From an uncultured Chlamydiales bacterium (GTDB taxonomy: Bacteria; Chlamydiota; Chlamydiia; Chlamydiales; Rhabdochlamydiaceae): a stretch of 64,000 nt of DNA. A model generated the notes under the pieces. It had not been told where the DNA came from and did no database searches. It worked only from the letters and a program-made list of their open reading frames with translations. This document shows positions 29,592 through 39,270 of the stretch, piece after piece (the stretch's first letter is position 1; each line of letters starts with the position of its first letter). The stretch covers positions 928,001-992,000 of the forward strand of contig OY969554.1 in the NCBI GenBank assembly GCA_963700985.1, read 5' to 3'. The translations under genes and the position numbers were made by a program.

Positions 29592-30537
29592 TTTTCATCA
29601 ACTCTTGTGCAAGTTTTTTAGTGTCATGGCGAATTAGGCTGCGGCGCAATAGATCTTTCTTGGGTCCAGCTTTTACCTCTCCTAAAAGAGGCGCACACAC
29701 AATTCGTGCGTCTTGGAGATCATTTGAAACCAGATCGCCTTCTTCCGCATAAACCTCAATCAATTCTTTGGCAGGCTTCTGATTATTTACCAAGACAAAG
29801 TCAAAGATATCACTGCCGATATAACGGGTTAGCTCTTGCAGATAGTGGCTCACCTGAAAACCCGTTGTCTGTCCTTTGCGGTTCATCAAGTTTACAATGA
29901 AGACTTTCTTTGCCTGACTCTGCTTTAAGATATCGCTCATGCCCTCAACTAGCAAATTCGGAATAAGAGAAGTGTGCAACCCCCCTGGCCCCATGATCAC
30001 GAGATCGGCATTCATAATTTCATCAATCGCATGTGGATTAGCTTTCGGATAGGGCTCTAAATAAATGCTCTTATAGCCCTGGTCGATCTCTTGTGAGAGG
30101 TAGATCTCCTTCTCGCCTTCTAATACGCGGCGATTATTTAGAATCATCTTCAGGCGCACTTGGTGCGTTGTAACTGGAATAACTTTTCCACGAATGGCTA
30201 AAATTCGACCCACTTCGTCCACAGCTTTTTCAAAACTTCCCGTGACTTTTTCAAGCGCTGAAAGCAGCAAGTTACCAAAACTATGTCCACCTAATCCGCC
30301 ATTTTCAAAGCGGTAATTCATCAAGCTGCGCATGAGTCTAGAAGAATTAGAAAGCGCAACTAAACATTGGCGTACATCTCCTGGTGGAAGAACTCCGAGC
30401 TCATCACGCAGAATTCCCGTGCTTCCCCCATCATCAGCCATAGAGACAATGGCACTGATATCGACATCGTAATTTTTAAGACCCTCTAGAACAGCAAAAT
30501 TTCCTGTTCCGCCACCGATCACGACAATTTTTTTCAT
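29575..30537 (-). CDS. YvcK/GlmR (CofD-like, UDP-sugar-binding) family protein
   Basis: GGGTG, DDGGSTG, PPGDVR, GHSFGNL. Confidence 0.92.
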   Translation of the reverse strand: MKKIVVIGGGTGNFAVLEGLKNYDVDISAIVSMADDGGSTGILRDELGVLPPGDVRQCLVALSNSSRLMRSLMNYRFENGGLGGHSFGNLLLSALEKVTGSFEKAVDEVGRILAIRGKVIPVTTHQVRLKMILNNRRVLEGEKEIYLSQEIDQGYKSIYLEPYPKANPHAIDEIMNADLVIMGPGGLHTSLIPNLLVEGMSDILKQSQAKKVFIVNLMNRKGQTTGFQVSHYLQELTRYIGSDIFDFVLVNNQKPAKELIEVYAEEGDLVSNDLQDARIVCAPLLGEVKAGPKKDLLRRSLIRHDTKKLAQELMKIVNNL

Positions 30538-31400
30538 GATTTTTTCTCTTCCACGGTCACAAAAGGCAATGTGGGGTTAAAGTATAGAGTACAAAAGCTT
30601 AAATTTGAAACTGTTCTCACCAAAAAATCTGTATGTGAAAGCAGCAGACAATCCATCACCGCCTGCTCTCCTATCCCATACTGATCTTTATCAGCAAAGT
30701 GCACTGGTTTACCATTTGTTGATCTTTGAGCATCAATATAGAGGATCCGATCTTTAAACTCTGTTGAGATTTCATCTAAAAACTGCTGTTCATCGGTCGC
30801 TACAAAGATTTTATAGCCATCAGACGGAAGTTTATCCACAGCTTTTCGGATCTCGACAAATATTTTTTTAAAGGAAACACGTCCAGCTTCTCTTTTCTTA
30901 TCGGTTCCCCGAAAATGGACTCCTACCACAAAAAAATCTTTAAAATTCTTATCCACATAACGCGCCACCTTCTGCTTAATTTCAGGCTGGAGATGCACAT
31001 GTCTTTGGATAAGTGCATACCCCTCCTGCCTAGACATAGATTTGAAAGCAGCTTTGTGAAATTTGTGAATCTGGCGATGTGTAACAGTTTTAACCTGCGC
31101 ATCATCTGTGGCTCCAAACTGGACCGGATCGAAATAGTAGCTCCACCAATTAGGACCTTTTTGCGCGTCATAATACAGCCCATTACATCCAAAATCGATG
31201 CGGCAGCCGACCCAGCCCTCTTCTTCATAAAAATGTAGAAAGCCCAGTGTGGTTAGAAAAACACTGAACAAGCCCGAAGCATCACCTGGTGAGCGCAGCA
31301 CCAAAAATGAGGGCTGCGTTGAATAGGAAAATTCTTTTGAAAAGGCAGCGCTCGGAAAAAAGAGCACCAATAGAAAAATCAGTGAACCTCGCTTGATCAA
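30534..31400 (-). CDS. NodZ/GT23-like fucosyltransferase
   Basis: GVHFRGTDK, IFVATDE, DCLLLS...SNLS; N-terminal signal or anchor. Confidence 0.8.
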   Translation of the reverse strand: MIKRGSLIFLLVLFFPSAAFSKEFSYSTQPSFLVLRSPGDASGLFSVFLTTLGFLHFYEEEGWVGCRIDFGCNGLYYDAQKGPNWWSYYFDPVQFGATDDAQVKTVTHRQIHKFHKAAFKSMSRQEGYALIQRHVHLQPEIKQKVARYVDKNFKDFFVVGVHFRGTDKKREAGRVSFKKIFVEIRKAVDKLPSDGYKIFVATDEQQFLDEISTEFKDRILYIDAQRSTNGKPVHFADKDQYGIGEQAVMDCLLLSHTDFLVRTVSNLSFCTLYFNPTLPFVTVEEKKS

Positions 31401-32110
31401 GCAAGTTCCAATTTTTTAAACTTTGCGATCGCCTCTTTCATATTGGGTGTTTTGAAGAGATAGTCCCCGGAGACAAGCACATTCGCTCCTGCCTCAACGC
31501 AACTCTTAGCCGTCTCTCCATTCACACCCCCATCGACCTGAATATCAAAGGGCGGCAGACTGGAGTCTTCTAAAGAAACCACACCACCTTTATAGATGCT
31601 GAGATCTTTGCAGAGCTTACGCGTAAAGCTCACCTTCTCTAACACTTCGGGCATAAACGCCTGTCCGCCAAAGCCTGGATGGACAGTCATCAATAAGATG
31701 AGATCGCACTTGTCCAGGAATTTGGGAATCATGCTCTCTGAGGTTTCAGGATTAAAGGCGAGTCCAGCTTGGATTCCACATTTTCTAATATATTCGAGAG
31801 TCTCCGCAACATCCTCGGTGGCTTCAAAATGAAAGGTGATACGATCTGCACCAGCTTCAATAAATCGTTCGATGTAATCGTAGGGATTGTACATCATGAT
31901 ATGCACGTCCAAAAAGAGATCGGTGGCGCGATTAACCGCAGCCACAGTCTTGGGGCCCATAGTCAGATTGGGCACAAAATGGCCATCCATGACATCGAGG
32001 TGTAGAGCATCCGCCCCTGCATCTTCTACCCGTTTAGCTTCGTCGGCCAAATGGCCAAAATCTGCAGATAAAAGCGAGGGTTCTACTTGGACTTGCCATT
32101 TCTTCTTCAT
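31397..32110 (-). CDS. rpe: Ribulose-phosphate 3-epimerase
   Basis: PSLLSADF, HLDVMDGHFVPN, MTVHPGFGGQ, VDGG; ATG at 32110. Confidence 0.97.
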   Translation of the reverse strand: MKKKWQVQVEPSLLSADFGHLADEAKRVEDAGADALHLDVMDGHFVPNLTMGPKTVAAVNRATDLFLDVHIMMYNPYDYIERFIEAGADRITFHFEATEDVAETLEYIRKCGIQAGLAFNPETSESMIPKFLDKCDLILLMTVHPGFGGQAFMPEVLEKVSFTRKLCKDLSIYKGGVVSLEDSSLPPFDIQVDGGVNGETAKSCVEAGANVLVSGDYLFKTPNMKEAIAKFKKLELA

Positions 32111-32302
32111 ATTTCCCTTAAGTCTAATGGATTGGTTCCCAGGATTATACCGAACTCTATTGATTTGTAAACACTCCCGAATCCTTCGCCTTCTTTCTCG
32201 GGCACGAAAATTCAGGACAATTGGGACCGCCGTGACTTGCATAGCTTGCATTCAAGCAAGAAACGTGTAATATTCTTTTCCTTCACCTAACGGAGATTTC
32301 TT

Positions 32303-33244
32303 ATGGCCCATAAAATAGACGGTGTAAACAAGCGCGCCCCAGCATATATGGGCGAGCTTGCTCAAAAATTAAAACAGAAGGCTGGAGATGCGCCGGGTGT
32401 TGCTTCTCCTAAAACTGAAGAGATGCATAGGGATACGATTGAAACAGGCTGCTGCAGCTCACTCGACGGCATTTTGCCAGCGTGTATTTTAGATATATTT
32501 GCCAGTATTGGCCGCTGCTTTAATTCGTTCTTCCAATGGATTACAGGTGTATTTTCATCAACCAAGAATGGAGAACTTCCGCCAGGCCCCGATGAAATTC
32601 TCGATGAACAGCCTGGAACGGGTGCTCCGGATGATGCCCCAGACATGGAAACTGGTCCTAGAACTCCATATGTCCAAGGCCCACGCACTCCAGCTAATCC
32701 TACCCAGATGGATGCAACTTCTCCAACTTCAAAGCGTGTTGTGCTGATGCCGATCGCGCCTGCTAATCTTGGAAAGCTACAAAAACAGATCGACGCCGTC
32801 GTAATGGGTAAAGACCAAATATTTGATAAATTTGAATTTCCATGCAACGTGCTCTTGCGCGTTAACTTTGCACCTCCTCGAGGTAGTGTTCAGCCAGCTA
32901 TTCAACATCTCTTTACAAGTGCATATACTAGTGAAAGTCAATATGTGAGATATCAATCAGAAGTCCGAAAATTTATGACTAACTTTTCAGGACTGTTGGG
33001 AACTCAAAAAATTTTAGAAGATTCAAATGTGACGCTACTTTTCTTACGTGTCACTAAAAAGGGTGATGGCAAATATAACGTGGTCAGTCTCTTGCACCAA
33101 TCAACTAAAACTTCGAGCTTTGAAGATATTCGCAAAGATCGCTCTTCACAGAAAAATGTTTCTGCTGACGCAGTTAGAGATCTCTGCAACAGCTTGAACT
33201 TTGCTGATAATATCGAAATCCCCTACGACAAGCTTTTATCATAA
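32303..33244 (+). CDS. Hypothetical protein, effector-like
   Basis: GGAG RBS; disordered N-terminus, amphipathic helix, Pro-rich linker. Confidence 0.75.
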   Translation: MAHKIDGVNKRAPAYMGELAQKLKQKAGDAPGVASPKTEEMHRDTIETGCCSSLDGILPACILDIFASIGRCFNSFFQWITGVFSSTKNGELPPGPDEILDEQPGTGAPDDAPDMETGPRTPYVQGPRTPANPTQMDATSPTSKRVVLMPIAPANLGKLQKQIDAVVMGKDQIFDKFEFPCNVLLRVNFAPPRGSVQPAIQHLFTSAYTSESQYVRYQSEVRKFMTNFSGLLGTQKILEDSNVTLLFLRVTKKGDGKYNVVSLLHQSTKTSSFEDIRKDRSSQKNVSADAVRDLCNSLNFADNIEIPYDKLLS

Positions 33245-35146
33245 GGTAGCTAATTGAAACTCTGACAAGAGCGCATGCAAAAATTGTGCGCGCTCACTTT
33301 CTTCGCTACAAAAATAGATATAGCCTAGATAAAGAGTCTCGCCATTTTTAAGATGCAGAGAGACAAGTTTAGAGGCGTTGAGTTTTAAGGCAGCTACTGC
33401 AGCATAAATCTTTGATTCCAGTTCGGGCTCTTTGAGTGCAATCATCACAACAAACGCCGCGTCCGGCTCAGCATGTCTGAGATCAAATCCCCGCTCTTCA
33501 TGACTATTGTCTTTAACCTCAAGCAAAAGCTCAAAAAGAGCCCTTAGATATTCCGGATCGAGCACGCTGCGCCATTCAATGGGAAAAATTGCGTGAAAGA
33601 AATTCTCCAATAAAAACTCATGAGATTTTGCAAGCTCCCCGAGCAACCCTTTCAGATTCATCAGCGTTTCCATCTGCTTGACCAACATACCTCCATTGAA
33701 GTCGCGCACCTCACCGACGCGCTTTTCAATCTCTTTAATAATCTCCCGCCGCGCACGATAAAAATCTACCGAGCGATCTTTGCGCAAAAAATCACGGGCG
33801 GGCATTTTGACACGTATAACGCATGCCTCTTTAAAATATTTCCCGCGTATCTTTCCGATCTTCTTGATGCGGTCAAAAACGAATTTAAAAGGACCCTTCT
33901 CTTCTTTAAAGATCTCTTCAAAGGAAGGCAGATCAGGTTCTGTTACTCTCACGATGATCACGCTGAATGCAAGTGCATCATCTAGCTGTCCATCGAATGA
34001 GAGGATCACATGGGGAAGATCACGGGCATATTTGACCTGTTTGGAAAGAGTAATGATGTTACGCATCACCTCCTCTTCATTGCGCGGCATAAAAACTGAC
34101 CGAGTAAAACGCTCGACCTGAGCCTTTATCTCTTCGGGAAGGCGATAACGTAGTTTTTGAATCTCTTCTAGAGAAAACTCCTCCTCATCCTCTTTTTGCA
34201 CTTCGACATAAATCGTCTTGATCCTCTCCTCTTTATTCTCCTGAAAAAAGCAGGATTCTTCGAGAATCTTTAGATGAGGAATAACCACGCATAAAGCTTT
34301 TAGTAAATGGCGCTCTTCAAAAAGCTCATTTTCCTGCAGAAAGTTCAAGCCTAAAAAGAGTGCGAGCACGGGTTTTATTCCCAGAGGCTGATGCAGCTTT
34401 GTTCGCATCAGCTTTAGCAAGAGAGCATCATTCTTGCCGCGTTCTTTTAACCGTTTATGAAAGAGATAAAGCACGGAAATAATCCGGCTCATATGGTGTG
34501 AATCACGCGAGGCCTTGAACTCCTCATGACAGCTAACAAAGAAGTGCTGCATTTGGCTGAAAATATCATCGTCAAACTCGAGTGGCCGGCGTCTATGTAG
34601 TGCGCTAATCTTTTCTTGAATTAAGACAGTCTTTTCATCCACCGAAAGCCCTTTGATCTCCAATATACGGCTGGCATGGTAAACCGATGTCGCGCCCAGC
34701 TGAATTTCGGCTTCAAGAATAGGCAGAGCGTGACGCACTTCATCAAACTCCTGCTGATCATGCAAGTGGAGAACAAGTTCTGCAAATGTATAAACTTCAC
34801 ATCCAAACTCAGGAAGTTTGAACTCTGTGGTAAAAAAAAGACCGACATTGAGCGGTTTGCCAGGAAGCAACCAGCGCGTCATCATATCGTGAAAAAACTT
34901 TCCCGCATGTGGGCGAGCGCGGCAAAGTAGAAATACGGAGAGATTCAAAGACTCCTTCTCCCATTCAAGCCAGGTCACAAGCGGCAGCGTCTCTTGAAAC
35001 TGTTGGCAGCTCTCCTCTTCACCTGAGAAAATCTGAGTCGGCAGAATTTTTTGCAGGGCGCCGCGCAAAAGTGCGCAATAGAGAAGATGTTGGCTTGGAT
35101 CTGAAGAGAAATCAAAAAGCGGAACAATCTGCGGATGATTCAACAT
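33239..35146 (-). CDS. Hypothetical protein (635 aa), apparently chlamydial
   Basis: Long ORF overlapping the aspartokinase stop; FMPRNEEE and RDFNGGM segments look conserved. Confidence 0.8.
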   Translation of the reverse strand: MLNHPQIVPLFDFSSDPSQHLLYCALLRGALQKILPTQIFSGEEESCQQFQETLPLVTWLEWEKESLNLSVFLLCRARPHAGKFFHDMMTRWLLPGKPLNVGLFFTTEFKLPEFGCEVYTFAELVLHLHDQQEFDEVRHALPILEAEIQLGATSVYHASRILEIKGLSVDEKTVLIQEKISALHRRRPLEFDDDIFSQMQHFFVSCHEEFKASRDSHHMSRIISVLYLFHKRLKERGKNDALLLKLMRTKLHQPLGIKPVLALFLGLNFLQENELFEERHLLKALCVVIPHLKILEESCFFQENKEERIKTIYVEVQKEDEEEFSLEEIQKLRYRLPEEIKAQVERFTRSVFMPRNEEEVMRNIITLSKQVKYARDLPHVILSFDGQLDDALAFSVIIVRVTEPDLPSFEEIFKEEKGPFKFVFDRIKKIGKIRGKYFKEACVIRVKMPARDFLRKDRSVDFYRARREIIKEIEKRVGEVRDFNGGMLVKQMETLMNLKGLLGELAKSHEFLLENFFHAIFPIEWRSVLDPEYLRALFELLLEVKDNSHEERGFDLRHAEPDAAFVVMIALKEPELESKIYAAVAALKLNASKLVSLHLKNGETLYLGYIYFCSEESERAQFLHALLSEFQLATL

Positions 35147-35937
35147 CCTTCCTCAAATTGTGCCTGCGCAGGACGAATTCCGAGCTCGTCGCTAATAATC
35201 GTACCTTCAGTCAGATTTTCCGGTGCATTGAATGAGAGTACGTGTAGAGGCATTAAGTTTTTCTCTGCGAGCAAGATGGCTCGCTCATGTAAAACTTTTG
35301 CTCCCTTCTTCACAATTTCTAAAGCTTGAGGATAGCTAAGCTTATCAAATAGAGTCGCATCTGGATTTTTCTTAGGGTCTTCGTCGCAGATGCCACGCAC
35401 ATCTTTATAGAATTCCACTTTCTCAGCATTTAAGGCGATGGCCAGTGCTACTGCCGAAGTATCTGATCCCCCTCTTCCGAGCGTGGTAATCTCACCTTCA
35501 CGGCTCACGCCTTGAAAGCCGGCTACAATTACGATCTTGCCTATAGATAGATGGGGAAGTAACCGGAAGGGACGGACTTCGATGATTTGAGCATCGTTAT
35601 GGCGAGAGCTGGTAATAATCCCCGACTGGCTGCCAGTAAAGCTGATCGCCTCTCGGCTTTTGGCGGCGAGCGCCATAGCGAGCAGAGAAATACTGATCCG
35701 CTCACCTACCGAGATCAACATATCTAATTCCCGTCTTGGAGGGTCTACGTTTACCTTTTTAGCAAGAGCGATAAGTTGGTCGGTTGTATCCCCCATAGCG
35801 CTTACTACTACCACGATCTGCTGGTAAATATGTGAGCGCTTGAGGATAATCTCAGCAATTTTTGAAAACTGTTCTGCCGTAGCAACAGCCGCACCACCGA
35901 ACTTCATCACCAACGCCTTCATATCACTTAACCTCAA
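35140..35937 (-). CDS. lysC: Aspartate kinase, catalytic domain only
   Basis: KFGG, VVSAMGDTTD, VAGFQG, TTLGRGGSDTSA, GAKVLH. Confidence 0.9.
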   Translation of the reverse strand: MRLSDMKALVMKFGGAAVATAEQFSKIAEIILKRSHIYQQIVVVVSAMGDTTDQLIALAKKVNVDPPRRELDMLISVGERISISLLAMALAAKSREAISFTGSQSGIITSSRHNDAQIIEVRPFRLLPHLSIGKIVIVAGFQGVSREGEITTLGRGGSDTSAVALAIALNAEKVEFYKDVRGICDEDPKKNPDATLFDKLSYPQALEIVKKGAKVLHERAILLAEKNLMPLHVLSFNAPENLTEGTIISDELGIRPAQAQFEEGC

Positions 35938-36177
35938 GCACTTATATCACAAATAAACAACAAAAAGAGTTCTTCACAAGTCAAGACACTCTATTAAAAA
36001 CTTCTCGAAGATGCAATGCATAATTTACACCATTGCTTTTATAACTAATCTTTTGTTAGGATTCCTCGACGAACGCATTCTGTCTTTATTCGACGAATCC
36101 TCTCCCCACCGACATTCGCGAAGGGCAAAAAGCTATTGATATGATTTTTTTATAAACCCTTAGGAGAAACCTTTAAC

Positions 36178-37953
36178 ATGTCCAAAAACTCAAAATACGA
36201 CTGGAATGACAGTCAAGTTATCGACGATGTCGATTTCAAAGAAGAAGATGCAAAGCAGTTTAAGAGCTTACTAACTAGAAAAGAAGAGACTGCCGGCGAA
36301 GGCTCTGTTTCTTCCATGAGTGCAGGACAAGTTTTAAAGGGACGTGTTGTTGAAGTTACGAAAGATTTCGTCGTTGTCGACGTAGGCCTAAAATCGGAAG
36401 GTCTGGTGCCTATCGATGAATTCACCGACATGGCTGAACTCTTCCTAGAAAATGAAGTTGAAGTTCTTCTGGATCAAGCAGAAGGATCAGACGGCCAGAT
36501 CGTGCTCTCTCGTGAAAAAGCACGCCGTCAAAGACAGTGGGAATACATCATCCACCACTGCAATGAGGGTTCAATTGTTCAAGGTAAAGTTATCCGTAAA
36601 GTCAAAGGCGGCCTGATGGTCGATATCGGGATGGAAGCTTTCCTACCCGGCTCGCAAATCGACAACAAGCGTATTAAAAACCTCGATGAATACATCGGTG
36701 GCACTTACGACTTTAAGATCCTTAAGATCAATACAGAACGCAAAAATATCGTCGTCTCACGCCGTGAGCTCTTAGAAGAAGAGCGTATTTCACGCAAAGC
36801 TGAGATGCTCGAAAACATCCATATTGGCGAAGTGCGCAAAGGGATTGTGAAAAACATCACTGACTTCGGGGTCTTCTTAGACCTAGATGGCATCGATGGT
36901 CTTCTGCACATCACTGATATGACATGGAAAAGAATTAAGCACCCATCTGAGATGGTTCATCTCGGAGAAGAGCTCGAAGTCATGATTCTACATATCGACA
37001 AAGATAAAGGTAGAGTGGCTCTGGGAATGAAACAGAAAGAAGAAAATCCATGGGAAGAGATCGAACAGCGCTACCCACAAGGTACTCGCGTCCGTGGAAA
37101 AATCGTTAACCTCGTACCTTACGGCGCCTTTATCGAAATTGAGCCAGGCATCGAAGGCCTAATCCACGTTTCAGAAATGTCATGGGTTAAGAACGTCTCC
37201 GATCCAACAGAAGTCGTCAAAAAAGGTGATGAAGTAGAAGCGATCGTTCTCTCTGTCCAAAAAGAAGAAGGCAAGATCTCTCTCGGCATCAAGCAAACAG
37301 AGAAAAACCCTTGGGAAGAAGTCGAGAAGAAATATCCGATCGGCAGCAACGTACAAGTTGAGATTCGCAATCTCACCAATTACGGTGCCTTTGTTGAGCT
37401 AGAACCAGGAATCGACGGCCTGATCCACATTTCAGACCTAAGCTGGATCAAAAAAGTTTCACACCCTTCTGAAGTCTTTAAGAAGGGCGATAAAGTCGAC
37501 GCGGTCATTCTCTCTGTTGACAAAGAGAGCAAGAAGATCACTTTGGGCGTGAAACAATTGAGCCAAAACCCTTGGGAAAGCATCGAAAAGACAATGCCTG
37601 TTGGCACACTTGTCAAAGGTGTTGTAACTAAGATCACAGCTTTTGGTGCCTTTGTTGAACTCGAAAACGGAATCGAAGCTCTTGTGCACGTAACTGAAAT
37701 CTCCGATCAGCCTTTTGGCAAAGTCGAAGAAGTGATCCAAAAAGGTGCAGAGATCACAGCAAAAGTGATCAAATTAGATCCTGAGCATAAGAAAATTGCG
37801 CTCTCGGTCAAAGAGTACCTCGTCGACACGAACAAGCATAATAGCGATGACATTGTTGTAGGCGCTGCTAAGCCTCGCAGTCAGAGCAAGAAGAAGAAAA
37901 AAACCGCGGCTGAGGAAGAAGTTACCTCAAGTCAAGAGGACAAGGGGAAATAA
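36178..37953 (+). CDS. rpsA: 30S ribosomal protein S1
   Basis: Six S1 repeats. Confidence 0.99.
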   Translation: MSKNSKYDWNDSQVIDDVDFKEEDAKQFKSLLTRKEETAGEGSVSSMSAGQVLKGRVVEVTKDFVVVDVGLKSEGLVPIDEFTDMAELFLENEVEVLLDQAEGSDGQIVLSREKARRQRQWEYIIHHCNEGSIVQGKVIRKVKGGLMVDIGMEAFLPGSQIDNKRIKNLDEYIGGTYDFKILKINTERKNIVVSRRELLEEERISRKAEMLENIHIGEVRKGIVKNITDFGVFLDLDGIDGLLHITDMTWKRIKHPSEMVHLGEELEVMILHIDKDKGRVALGMKQKEENPWEEIEQRYPQGTRVRGKIVNLVPYGAFIEIEPGIEGLIHVSEMSWVKNVSDPTEVVKKGDEVEAIVLSVQKEEGKISLGIKQTEKNPWEEVEKKYPIGSNVQVEIRNLTNYGAFVELEPGIDGLIHISDLSWIKKVSHPSEVFKKGDKVDAVILSVDKESKKITLGVKQLSQNPWESIEKTMPVGTLVKGVVTKITAFGAFVELENGIEALVHVTEISDQPFGKVEEVIQKGAEITAKVIKLDPEHKKIALSVKEYLVDTNKHNSDDIVVGAAKPRSQSKKKKKTAAEEEVTSSQEDKGK

Positions 37954-39227
37954 TGAATAAAGACCTCGTTGCAATCTTTGAGTATCTCGAAAGAGAAAAA
38001 GGGATAAAGCGGGATGTAATCATCTCCGCAATTGAAGAGTCTCTTCGTGCGGCTGCGCGTAAGAGTATCAAAGGTCACATCAACGTTACCGTCCAGATCA
38101 ATTCAAAGACGGGCGTGATCGATGTGATCGCTCAAAAGGAAGTGGTAGACAAGGTCACCATTCCTGAAGAAGAGATCTCTTTAGAAGATGCTAAAGTCTT
38201 AAATCCTGATGCCGAAATGGGTCAGTGGGTCGATATCACGATCACACCTCAGGATTTTGGACGTGTAGCCGCTCAGACAGCGAGACAGATCATCTCCCAG
38301 AAGCTGCGTGGTGCAGAACGTGATGTGATCTATGAAGAGTATCGCCATCGCGTGCACGAAATCGTATCAGGCAGCGTGAAAAGAGTGATTCGCGGCGCAA
38401 CTTTGATTGTCGATTTAGGCAAAGTCGAAGCTGTAATGCCCGATCGCTTCTATCCTAAAACTGAGAAGTACAACATCGGTGATCGCGTACAAGCTCTATT
38501 ATGGGAAGTAAGAGATACAGAAAGCGGCGGCGCTGAAGTTATTCTTTCGCGCTCTCATGCAGAATTCGTGGTGCAGCTTTTCATGCAAGAAGTTCCAGAG
38601 ATCAATGATGGCACAATTGTCATTGAACGCATTGTAAGAGAAGCGGGCTACCGCACGAAACTTGCCGTGCGCTCTTTAGATACAAAAGTCGATCCTGTTG
38701 GCGCTTGCGTAGGTGTACGTGGAACGCGTGTGAAAAATATCATTCGCGAACTCAACAACGAAAAGATTGATATCTTCCCTTATGCAGATGACCCGGTTCA
38801 ATTGCTTCAAAACGCGCTGCAGCCGATTGAAATCAAAAAAATCAGCGTTAGTGAAGATGGGGAGACTATCTCTATCGTTGTGGATGACGAAAGCTATCCT
38901 AACGTACTTGGAAGACGTGGCATGAACGCTCGTCTCAACGGTCAATTAGTCGGGGTAGACCTAGAAGTTCAAAAGATGAGCGATTACCAGAAAGCGATGA
39001 CCATTGAACGAGCGGAGCTTGCCACAGTAGAAGATCCTACTTTAGATGAGCCTCTGAAAGTTGAAGGCTTAAGTTCAATGATTGTCCAGAGTTTGATCAG
39101 CGCCGGGTACGATACACGTCGCAAACTTCTAATGGCTACGCCAGAACAACTCGCAGCTATTCCTGAGATTAGCGCGGATATGGCAGACAAGATTTTGGAT
39201 CAAATTCGCAAAAAAGTAGGAAAGTAG
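37953..39227 (+). CDS. nusA: Transcription factor NusA
   Basis: FGRVAAQTA, DPVGACVG. Confidence 0.99.
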   Translation: MNKDLVAIFEYLEREKGIKRDVIISAIEESLRAAARKSIKGHINVTVQINSKTGVIDVIAQKEVVDKVTIPEEEISLEDAKVLNPDAEMGQWVDITITPQDFGRVAAQTARQIISQKLRGAERDVIYEEYRHRVHEIVSGSVKRVIRGATLIVDLGKVEAVMPDRFYPKTEKYNIGDRVQALLWEVRDTESGGAEVILSRSHAEFVVQLFMQEVPEINDGTIVIERIVREAGYRTKLAVRSLDTKVDPVGACVGVRGTRVKNIIRELNNEKIDIFPYADDPVQLLQNALQPIEIKKISVSEDGETISIVVDDESYPNVLGRRGMNARLNGQLVGVDLEVQKMSDYQKAMTIERAELATVEDPTLDEPLKVEGLSSMIVQSLISAGYDTRRKLLMATPEQLAAIPEISADMADKILDQIRKKVGK

Positions 39228-39270
39228 AGCGAAAGCTTTACCACTGTTTGAAAAAAATGAGGAGTGACCG

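Noticed and set aside
32111-32251. 47-aa N-terminal extension of Rpe
   Set aside because: Rpe homology begins after ATG 32110, which has an AAGGG RBS-like sequence.
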